Shown piece after piece: positions 26,384 through 37,155 of a stretch of DNA of 64,000 nucleotides. The stretch covers positions 2,940,975 to 3,004,974 of the forward strand of contig NC_068999.1 of the NCBI RefSeq assembly GCF_001194135.2, given 5' to 3'. The position numbers were made by a program, and so were the translations under genes. The notes under the pieces are model-generated. The model had not been told where the DNA came from. It saw nothing but the letters and a program-made list of their open reading frames with translations, and did no database searches. Source of the DNA: Octopus bimaculoides. Taxonomy: Eukaryota. Position 1 is the stretch's first letter; each line of letters opens with the position of its first letter.

Positions 26384-29300
26384 TTATTCATTGAGTAATA
26401 CCATCTGTATTTGCTTCTTGCAAGACTCTGGTACTTGGAACATAGGACCATGACCAGGAATGATGTGGTCGGCTATTTTTAAAATATCAGCTCGGTATTG
26501 TTCTTGGGACTCTGGCTTTTGACTCGACTGTTGCCACAAATGGGGTTTTTCAAGATCTTCCTGACATTCAAACAAATCACCTAAATTAAAACAGAAATAG
26601 AAGTTTCATTAATTAAAGTTTCTTTTAAACTCCTCCCACTCAAAACATGACATGGTTGCCCAATAACACCTGTACTTACATATGTATATAAATACATATG
26701 CAAAATTTAGATTCAGATGAATATGGTACTTAAGTTTAGGCACCAGAATTTAGTACGGTATTATCCATACAATTTCAAATAAGGTGATTAAAATCAAAAT
26801 AAGCAACAGGATATCCAGAGGTAATGCAGTACAATCGTTTCAAACGACCCCATTTAATTGAACAATGCAATCATGACATCAATTTAAAAATGCAGAGCAA
26901 TCCTCAGCTGCACAAAGACATAGAATTTAATTAAAATTAGAACAGATTAGTATAATTATACCTAAAATATCCAAGTAATCAAGGAGAGATACAGATAATG
27001 AAACTGGGGAAGTCTTATCATGTAGTACTATAGTTAAAAGTTTTAAAACAATGTTGCTATATTGTATATAGATGAAGTTTATGGCTATTCAGGGGGTTAT
27101 CAAGAAGAATTGCTCTGCATTCTTAAATTGATGTAATGGTTGCATTGTTCAATTAAATGGAGATGCATGAAACGATCGTACTGCATTATCTCCGGATATC
27201 CTGTTGCTTATTTTGATATATAACTACATATATACACAATGGATTCTCCCATTGAAGACGATGTAGGAACGTTCAGCTTTTGCCCAATGACCAGCACAAA
27301 TGATTTGTTTATTGTGATCAAATATATGTGCCACACATTAGCTCATTCTCTCCCCGTCAAATTGACGTTGTCTGATCAGGTGTCACAGTGTGCCATAGGT
27401 CAGGTGTCAAAGTGATTGCAGAACAATGTGAGATGAATTTTCTTTTGGCTCAAAAACGCAACACACCATCCAGTCTAGGGATTGAAATCACGATCTAGCG
27501 ATTGTAAGTGCAACCCCTTAACCATATATATTTAAATGAGGACATTGATGTAAACCTTGTTAACTACATCAGTGATAACATGTGATTTCACTAAATAAAT
27601 ACTTGCTGTTCATTGGTTAAGAAAGGGAAGAAGTGGTGAGTCTGTGTAACTGGAGGTGAGTGTAAGGTGCAGTGTGTGTGTGCGTGTGTGTGTCTATGTG
27701 CTTGTGTATGTGTGTGCAAGCAGAAGTATGGTAGCATTAGTTAGTGGAAGTGATGGGGGTGTGCATAGTTGTTAGGTGGGAAGTGTGAAAGTCTGGATGT
27801 AAGAAAGCTGTACAAATAGTGTGGGAATAAAAGTCTTTATGAAGCATATGAAGTAGGAAGAATAAACCAGTTGGTTAAAGGACTAAAACAAGTCTGAATC
27901 TGTAACATTTTTGCTTTGGTTTAAATTCTCACAATTTACTTGAAGCCTCTGAATGAGAAACAAAATAAACCAGTTTGAGTAAATTATTAGAAAAAAAAAT
28001 AAGATCAACAAACATGTCTACAGACATGTTGACAGCAACGAAGATCAATGAAGATGTGGCAAGTTCAGATGTCAAAATGCTGGGTCTCACTCACAGATGA
28101 ATGGGGACATTTATATTGTGGACCTTTTTAAGCAATTATTCGTCACCAGGTGGTGCTCTTTCAGGCCAAAATAATGGCAGTACCATTTGGTTCACATGAC
28201 CATAAATATATGCCTTTCACCAACATTAACAGCTAGAGGTTCTTTCAGTGAACGTTACTGCTACATGGGCTGATCCATGTGACGTTTACAGCTACTGCTG
28301 CTAGAACAGAGGAAAGTTACACTCACCTGTGATGGCTACAACACCATGAGGTGTGTTTTTGACAATGACTGATACGTCTTCCCCTGTATGGCCGGGAGTG
28401 GCAATCACTTCAACATAATCATCGATTTCGTAAGGAATCCCCTAAAAAAAACAAAGCAAAACAATCAATACAGATGTGTAAATGGTCAAAAGGTGTTAAG
28501 GGCATCAGACCTAACTACAGTTTTATAGGGAGCGGGGAGGTACATCACTCCCTATTTGCTCCAATTTGCTTGAGAGATAAAAATAAGTTCCACACCAGCA
28601 CACACACATACATTCTTACACAAGAATGTTGTGTAAGTGTGACTTCAGGTTTTCAGTGAGTAAGCCATTATCAGACTGCAATTAAACTGCAGTTCAATGA
28701 TGGCTTAACTCACCGGAACTTCCAAATCACTGTCAACAACGTTCTTGTCAAAGTATGATAAATTTGTACTCTAGAAAAGTACAGAGTAACCCATCAGATT
28801 AAAGTAAAATTATTTTTATTATAACTGAATATAAAAACAAACATTAATATCTATATAAATATATATATAGATAGATAAGCATCAGTTGTGGTGTGCAAGA
28901 GAGATGATTGCGCTGGTATGGTCATGTGGCAAAAATGGATGAGGATAGCTGTGTGAAAAAGTGCCACACCCTAGCGGTTGAGGGAACCTGTGGAAGAGTT
29001 AGACCCAGAAAGACCTGGGATGAGGTGATGAAGCATGACCTTCGAACATTAGGCCTCACCGAGGCAATGACAAGTGACCGAGACCTTTGGAAATGTGCAG
29101 TGTGTGAGAAGGAGTTTTCTACACTTGACTTTCACAATTTAGATCTAACTTCCAGTTCCACCAGCCATCATCATCATCATCATCGACAACTGTTTTCCAT
29201 ACTGGCAAATGTTGGAAGGTTTGACTGGAGTTAGTAAGGCCAGTGGCCACACCAGGGTTCACTGACTGTTCTGGCTGGTTTCTACAGCTAGATGCCCTTC

Positions 29301-30715
29301 CTAAGACCAACCACTCTGCAGAGTGTACTGGGTGCTTTCTATGTGGCACCAGCACTTTTGACTTGGCACCAGTGCTTTTAACATGGCACCAGCAGGAATG
29401 CATGACAGTCTGCTATCAGTTTTCACCTATCAAATTCACTCACAAAGCCTTGTTTGGCCCAGGGATCTACTAAAAGAAACTTTCCCAAGGTGGAACTGAA
29501 CTCAGAACCATGTGGTTGGGAAGCAAACTTCTTAACCACACAGCTGCAGTGTTTTGTTTTAAAAACAACAATGAAACCAATAATTATTTTAAAAATCAAT
29601 GATATTACCTCTTTAAAATCATGCATCAAATATCGGTTTCGAATACAGATGTCATAAGATACAATATAAATAGCATTGGTGAATAGGTTCAGGTTGCCAA
29701 CATGGTCCAGGTGTCCGTGTGTACACACAACGTAATCAATATCTGAAGGGAGCACAGCATGTTTGGCAAGACCTACAATATATGAAAGTTATTTGTCATA
29801 AACTCTGTGAATAACAAATATCAAATGACAATGGTTGCCAGTTGGCATGCATTAGTAAAAAAATTAACGTGAAAGATATTTTGGAATATTCTTAAATGCT
29901 GATGATATCAAGGTTTACATTATGGTCTGCATGAAACTGAATCAAAATTGATATCTCTTACCTTGCACAATATCCTCTTTATCCCATGGGTTTCCAGTGT
30001 CAACAATTATTTTATGGGGTCCATTTACAAAGGTGACTGTACCAGAGGCATTTTCTTCACCTAGCCAACAGAAATGGTATTCTGTGTCTTTAAACAAAAA
30101 AACGACTCAATGTTTCTAAGTAAATTTAACTATATTCTTCATATTTCTTCATTGTGTTTGTAAGGTGGACCATTGATAAAAAATAACAGAAAAATAAAGA
30201 AGAAACAAACCAACAGTTTGGAACTATTGTTTGAAGCTGAACCATCTAAAGCATCTTAGGGTTAAGTTTGGCATAGAAAAGTTGGATCCATAACAGATAT
30301 GGCTACAACAAAGTAATAATAGAACCTTGTGTAATACACTGTGTTAAGAATTAATAAAAGAAAAAAAAAACGGTAACACGAGCCACAGTTGGGAGATTAT
30401 ATTCTGTAATGGAATAAGTATTGGTAAATATTTCCAGGTATCTCATGGTCTGATCATTAAGCAACATTAGAAGAACCATCAGGAAAAACAAAATTTAAAC
30501 AAAAACTGAAAACGGAGAAAAATCCAGAAGAAAAAAATTATGGACATTGAATTGAGAAAGTTTAAATGAAGAGTTTTCAACAATTAACATTCTTTTCAGG
30601 CTTCAATGTAATCTTGTAAAAATGGAATCTCTTCCTTAATAGAAAATAGGGAATGATGCTAACCTCCAACTTCTGAATATTGGTAACCTTCTTTGATAAC
30701 AAACACTTGGTACAT
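26384..30715 (-). CDS. MBLAC1: Metallo-beta-lactamase domain-containing protein 1 (MBLAC1/SWIP-10-like), 5 coding exons, 208 aa
   Basis: Minus-strand exons 30715-30664 (MYQVFVIKEGYQYSEVG), 30060-29962 (EENASGTVTFVNGPHKIIVDTGNPWDKEDIVQ), 29772-29609 (VVCTHGHLDHVGNLNLF), 28441-28327 (TPGHTGEDVSVIV) and 26580-26384 (GDLFE...IIPGHGPMF). All introns are GT-AG with matching phases (627 nt). HxHxDH, PGH, GD and PGHG metal-binding motifs are intact. An acceptor at 30724 implies an upstream 5'UTR exon. Confidence 0.92.
26793..27217. mobile_element. MITE with about 115-bp terminal inverted repeats (last MBLAC1 intron)
   Basis: atcaaaataagcaacaggatatcc...aatgcagagcaat mirrored by attgctctgcatt...ggatatcctgttgcttattttgat. 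Confidence 0.75.
28880..29110 (+). mobile_element. LINE (RTE-like) 3'-end fragment in an MBLAC1 intron
   Basis: RWYGHVAKMDEDSCVKKCHTLAVEGTCGRVRPRKTWDEVMKHDLRTLGLTEAMTSDRDLW, the typical RTE C-terminal motif (RW.GHV.R....GR.R..W..DR..W). Confidence 0.75.
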
Positions 30716-30992
30716 TTTCGAAGCTGGAAATAGAAAGAGTCAAATATGTAAATGTGTGTTTGTGTGTGTAATTATTTGCATCAAAGTATTTTAATATTAA
30801 GGACACCAAGCGAGGGTCGAGATCCACACATCCGTGAATATACCATACGCAAACATACCTATATATCCCCATGCATATATAGACATATTCATATACTTAC
30901 ATATACATATACATACACACACAAATATACACATACATGAAATTATATACCCATGCAATTCCACAATCCAATGTAAGTTCCAAACCCAACAC

Positions 30993-31239
30993 ATAAGAAC
31001 ACAAATGGGTTAAAGGTTCACTACAGCTGTTTCAGACACGTTTTTTTATTGATGAATAATTGATCACAGGTGAATCAGAAATTTAAAATTTGGTTTGGAG
31101 AAAAAATACCAAGATGTGAAATGTCGATTGATCCACCCATTTCAGCAACAATAAATTCTTTAAATCTTTAATTCACCTGAAGAAAAAAAAACACGTCTGA
31201 AACAGTTGTAGTGAACCATTAACCCATTTGTGTTCTTAT
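30993..31239. mobile_element. Fold-back MITE with about 55-bp TIRs
   Basis: ataagaacacaaatgggttaaaggttcactacagctgtttcagac vs gtctgaaacagttgtagtgaaccattaacccatttgtgttcttat. Inner caggtgaat/attcacctg also pair. Confidence 0.75.
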
Positions 31240-31620
31240 TTGGTAGATCACCATTTGGTGTGACATGTAAAAAAGAGGCTCCTATACCAAAGTGGAGATT
31301 TACAATATATCGTTATTATGGTCAAATCAGTCTCTTGTTACTCTGAGTTTCACCTGTGGGAGCACAAGGCCATCAGGAAAGTTCCGAGGGGGCATTGAAG
31401 AAAAGTGGGGTGATAATGGAGTAGTGGTTCATGTGAAAACAACAAAATAATAGATTCATGAGGTAAAGTTGCTTTGAATTTGCTTCAGAAAGAGGTCTAT
31501 GCTTGTGATGGTGAGTTGGGGGTGGGGTGGGGTGCTAGGAATGTGGCCTGAGTGTCAAGGGGGGGCGGCAGTCGGAAAAAGTTTGGGAACCACTGCTCTA
31601 AAGCGTGGAGCAGTGGTGTG

Positions 31621-31786
31621 TTTATATGCAGTTAAGTTTATGTTCGGTCAGAGAGTGACCAATGGCTTTGCATCCATAAAGGGCCTAGCCCCATGGACAA
31701 CTTGTCAGACTCTACAGCCGAAGGACATATAGTCTTATGACCGGTCACAAAACTTATGACCAGTCATAAACTTAACTGCATATAAA
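31621..31786. mobile_element. Short MITE with perfect 22-bp TIRs
   Basis: tttatatgcagttaagtttatg ... cataaacttaactgcatataaa. Confidence 0.65.
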
Positions 31787-32276
31787 TATATAGCATTTCA
31801 TTGTTTTGTCTTATCATTTCAGTAGCAATTTAAACTTTGCAATGCTATAATTTTAATAAATTGCTCAACATCAATACTTACGAATGTTGATATTGTAGTT
31901 GTATGTTTGTGACTATGTTTCAGCTGAGAAACCAATAACGAGGCCAACATGGAATGAGTTGTACACTTTAAATAAACCAACTCTTAATTAAAAGATATCA
32001 TTTGTCACAACAGGCCTGATCAAGTATGTAAAGAATGCCACTGAGTCATCCTATGTGTACTTATTAATTTCATGTAACAATTAATCCAATACAGAGAAAC
32101 ATGAACAACAGAACCAGTTGTAAACAGTCAATAGGAAAAGATCAATTGTTATATTTGGAACAGGCAGGAAACGAATATTTGATGATAGTTTAGTGTCAGG
32201 CATGTCAGGTCAATAAACGACTATAAAGGATAGGTGATAGCCTTGCTAAATAATGTGACAACAGTTCTATATTGGC

Positions 32277-32307
<31 letters not shown>

Positions 32308-32594
32308 CTAACAAGAAGGTTGTAACACAGCCTAAGAAAGGCTGAACAAAGGGGAGTAACTACTTAGAGGTAAAGCGTTAGAAATTAATGGAAAGCCAGA
32401 CTTAATCCCATATTTTGCGTGTTAGCCCAATAATACATCATAGTCATAATAGCAAATATAAATGGTTTCTTGATAATCCTCAGAGATATTCAGGAATTAG
32501 ATTAATTCTTGATCTCTGTCGCACTGTGTGATTAAGAAATTCTCTTCACTACATGGTCCTGGATTTCTGGCAAAGGACAGACATACATAATTCC

Positions 32595-32628
<34 letters not shown>

Positions 32629-34731
32629 ACTTTAAATAGAGCTCAAAATTGATCCGTTGAAAATACTTTATTACAACAACAATAACAATAATAATAACAA
32701 ATAAATAGACCTACGTACATTTCGATAGAACATCCAGAATGATTAATACATATCATAAAATATTATAAAATATTATAAAATATAGGATACTCCATCTCCT
32801 CAGGGTCCCATTATTATTGCTATCATCACCATCATTATTATTAGCAATACACATCCAAAAAAAAAACAGAAACCATTCAAATCTAATTTTCATAGTTGAC
32901 CCATGAAAATATACAAAACAGGATGAAAAAGTAATAGATGGCACACAACTTTCCATCCCAAATGTGTAATGAACGAGCATATATATAGATACAAACACAC
33001 ATGCACACTCACACACACATATATATCATCATCATCTAACATCCAGCTTCCATCCTGGAAAGCTGCACCAGGTTCCAGTTGTGCATTTTGGCTTGGTTTC
33101 TACGGTTGGATGCCCTTCCTATAATATCAACCACTTCACAGAGGTTACCAGGTGCTTTTTATATGGCACTGGTATAAGTGCTCTCTATGTGGCACTGGCA
33201 CAAGCTCATTTTATGTGACACTGGCATGGGCTTTTTACATGGCACCAGTACCAGCAGGGCCATCAACTAACTTGCAAGACAGAAGCCCTTCAGCTGGTAG
33301 GAGAGCATTAACCAAGGTGGTTTAGGATATCAATTCTGCTGTGGTGGACAGGTCTTCTTGATTATAACAAGGCACAGATATCTCAGCCCTTTGTCATCTT
33401 TATAAGGCTCAGGATTTTGTGCTTGGCCTCCAGTATTTCATCAGTCAGTTCTTATTGGGCATCGTGTTCTCACAGACCATAAACCAGTATCCTCATAAAT
33501 CTTTGGCTTCATTTCCATAGCACAATGCCCTTTCTAACACCACTAAGAGTGAACTGGGGGCATTTTCTCATCCCACCAACACCAAAATCTCGCCTCCAAC
33601 CAATGCTTTTCCCACTCATTTGCCAACCAATTTACAGTCTGATCTAAGTGCACTTTTTTCATAATAAAGGGTAAATGACCATAAGATTACACCTAGAAAG
33701 TTCCCCTCGGAGGCACAAGTCTTGGCAAGGTTGTTTATGGAAAGCCAGCAGTCGCCCATGCATACCGGCCTCCCTTCTCCACACCACTGATGTTATCCAA
33801 AGGAAAGGCACAGGCCCATACAGCTTGGCACAAGTGACATTGCAACTCATTTCTACAGCTGAGTGAAATAAAGTGTCTTGCTCAAGAACACAACACACAG
33901 CCCAGTCTGGGAATTAAACTCACTACCTCATGATTGTAAGCCTGACGCTCCAACCACTAAGCTATTACAGACATATATACATATATATGAGCATATACAT
34001 ATTAATGTATATGTACATATCTGACCCTCTCACCAACACCCATTTGGCTTTACACTGGCACAAGACCAACCCCACTACTTCCTAAGGCCTCTGCCCCCAC
34101 CCTCATCATTCAATGTCTCCACCCACCCCATCCCCACTACAATGGACCAATTCCGCTCTCAACACTATCTTCATCTCCTTCTGTGCTGTTTATATTCATC
34201 TTGTCTCACTGTTTCCATTATATTCTTGCTCCTTTTCTCCCACACTTCCTGGGATTCTGTCATAGCTCTATCCCCTGATTCATGTTACTTCTGTCATTAA
34301 CACAGCCCCCTGGTCATGTTGCCTTGGCTACATGTACCTGCCTTATCACACAACCTTTTGTCGTATCATCCACACCTCAATCTTTTATACCTTTTCACTC
34401 TGTAAAGAAGAGGCATGATATTGTGAAGCCTTTTTAAGTGTGCTGAGGAGACATGGCTATGTCCGTAGTGCAGGTGCCAACCAGCGAAACATACTCAGAA
34501 CACATTTTAAGGTGTGAGGTTGAGGTTTGGTGTTTGGAAGGACATCCAACCACGGAACCCAAGTCAATCATGAAACACGAGTGAGCGGTAGACCTCCAAA
34601 TCGTCTGAGTGAACAATACCCCTGAATATACACCGACTCTGGCAGTGACGACCTACCTAACCCATAAGAGCATAGAAAGCAGGCGGAAAATGATGCTGCT
34701 GCTGCTGCTGATGATGATGATGATATATACA

Positions 34732-34771
<40 letters not shown>

Positions 34772-35149
34772 GGTGTGTGTGTGTGTGTTACAGAAAATAT
34801 AACCAATCACTTCTCGAGAGCGTGTATGCCCTGATAACATGCTTTCATTGATGCAAAATTAGATGAAAAACTGGTGTTCTTTGAGCTAAGTCTACCGAGT
34901 TACAAACACTCACTTCCTTGTCACTCTCAGCCAGGAATGCAGTGAAACTAACGACATTATTGTTCACCTGTTGCCATATATAATAACTGCGGTGAATAAA
35001 TGGTAGAGCAGAACGTTGTTAATCTCTCATTACTACAAGTAGCTTTATCAGATCAAATACTGCAACAGATATAATGAAGATCTTCCATTAAAGAGTTCTG
35101 GCAGAAACAAGCAAATGAAGCAGCGGTTTTTAAACGAGAAACCATAATC

Positions 35150-35300
35150 ATTTCATTGTGACATAAACAAAAACAGTCACCATGGAAACAATGGACGAAT
35201 CACAACGCTCCAGCCAACGAGAGAGCCTCTATGAGATCGCTTGAATTGCTAAACATAGCTGCCAAATTTCCCTGAAATTTCGCGCTGATGTTTTAAGGAA
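35150..35300 (-). promoter_or_regulatory. Candidate MBLAC1 promoter with an E2F site
   Basis: CpG-retaining unique sequence with TTTCGCGC at 35278-35285. A possible non-coding exon donor lies at about 34905. Confidence 0.25.
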
Positions 35301-35556
35301 GGGTATATTACATGAAACGAAACCAGATACACTAACAATGAAAATGAGACGAGGTGGTCATGAAAGGAAGATATTTGATCATAAGTCAGCAGGATGAGAG
35401 CCGACCTGTGCCTAAACAACGACAAACCTGAAGTAAAAATATATTCGAGACATTTAGAAGGCACGTAAACTGGAAACAGGTGAAATATTGGCTGTGGTCC
35501 ATCTTTTAAATAAAGACCATCGACAGAGTAACAGGAACAATTCGAGAAATGACTCG

Positions 35557-35649
35557 CTGCCAACTTTTATGCAGCAACATTGACACAATCACAGAACTAT
35601 GGTTAGCTCTGAGATTGTGTCAATGCTGCTTCATAAAAGTTGGTAGCAG
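35557..35649 (-). ncRNA. Pre-miRNA-like hairpin, about 39-bp stem with a 6-nt loop
   Basis: Minus strand: CCAACUUUUAUGAAGCAGCAUUGACACAAUCUCAGAGCU-AACCAU-AGUUCUGUGAUUGUGUCAAUGUUGCUGCAUAAAAGUUGG, with two G:U wobbles and two mismatches. Confidence 0.4.
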
Positions 35650-36882
35650 TCACTATTTTATATCGAGCTGTTATTTTTTTTAGCGCCAGGTCAGTCATGG
35701 TCCAGTAGACTCATGATTCAAGATAACCCAACTGTGACCATCTCGTCTTTCGTTCGGTCAGTTTATTTTGGACTGCGTTATCCAATGAGTCCTTCTTTTT
35801 GAAAGAAACGTAAAAGACACGCAGTAGATTTGGCAGCTATTTCTAACAGACCGATGAGCATCCTTTGTTCTATTTTTGCTTCCGATGATGGACAGAGAGG
35901 ATTAGGCTTTAAAGAATATGGGTTCGATTCACAATGTGGCACATGAAGAAAACATTATTACTCTTAATCACACTAATATCTGTATTTAATTAAATAAAAT
36001 AGTCTTAATATTTATTTTAATTCCATTCAATATTTGATATCAGAGAGAAAGAAAAGAAATGCAGTTTTAAATAAAATAACCCCAATAGGTGACTCTAATT
36101 AGTGAAACAAATAATTAACAACAATTAGTGGCAAATATCCAAATATTTTAAGCAGATAAATGTTTTTTATGCTGTTTTAACCACATCATGACAAACAACA
36201 ACAATTAGGGCTGGCGTCTTTAAAACTAAAACAATTAATTACAAACCTCTGATATGTACGATTAGCGGAAATATATTGGCAAATAAACAATACCACTTCA
36301 TAATCTATAATTGAGAAATTAAATAAATTAATGCTAAGTAATAAAAAAGTTAGAAAAGGCGAAAAAACGAAAGAGAAAAAAGTATATTTTACCGAATTTG
36401 AGAGAAAATTCCGGAAAATTCAAAGAAAGAAAATAATGGTTATCTGTCCTTGTATACTGTGGAATTCTGGGAAGCAATTAATTAAATCTTTAATTAAAGT
36501 TTGAAGTGTATGGCTTTACAAGGCAGTCAATAATTTACTAATTAATCTTTTAACATCATTTGTTTGTTCAACAGTGTGTTGTTTAATGTGGTTACGGTTA
36601 AGTAATTAGCCTATTATTTATGCCTTTGCGTAATTGAGTTGGAAAACTAAAAAAGCAAAAAAATTCAGTTTGCGAAGTGGACGAAACTCAATGATTTGTG
36701 ACAACGGCACAAAATACAAATTTAAAGTGAAAAACATATTGTCAGAATGATAATAATAATAATAATCTTTTTTATTGGCGACTAGGGCCGCACACAAAAC
36801 GAAAAGGGACAATACAAAACTAGGGATAAGTGTGGCATAGCACAAAATATGTGTATACAAGAACAATTAACAAAAATTCGAC

Positions 36883-37155
36883 AGGCGCAGGAGTGGCTGT
36901 ATGGTAAGTAGCTTGCTTACCAGCCACAGGGTTCAGTCCCACTGCGTGGCACCTTGGGCAAGTGTCTTCTACTACAGCCTCGGGCCGACCAAAGTGGATT
37001 TGGTAGACGTCTACGTTCCCGTAACCTAGCGGTTCGGCAAAAATGACCGATAGAATAAGTACTAGGCACACAAAGAATAAATTCTGGGGTCGATTTGTTA
37101 GACTAAAAGGCGATGCTCCAGCATGGCCGCAGTCAAATGACTGAAACAAATAAAA
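36883..37155 (+). mobile_element. tRNA-derived SINE (family A), internally deleted copy
   Basis: High similarity to 16847-17170. Confidence 0.85.

Noticed and set aside
25001-26410. Possible MBLAC1-to-orphan fusion transcript (donor ATG|gtatta near the MBLAC1 stop, open minus-strand exon 25199-25001, phase-1 join to the acceptor at 21360)
   Set aside because: The phases happen to fit, but the MBLAC1 donor is weak, MBLAC1 ends normally, and the bridging exon is antisense to an apparent LINE RT relic with a non-protein-like translation. It is at most a UTR exon and needs long-read evidence.
30062-30088. Alternative acceptor adding DTEYHFCWL to MBLAC1 exon 2
   Set aside because: Frame-compatible, but homology spacing between KEGY and the GT.T..G motif favours the acceptor at 30061.
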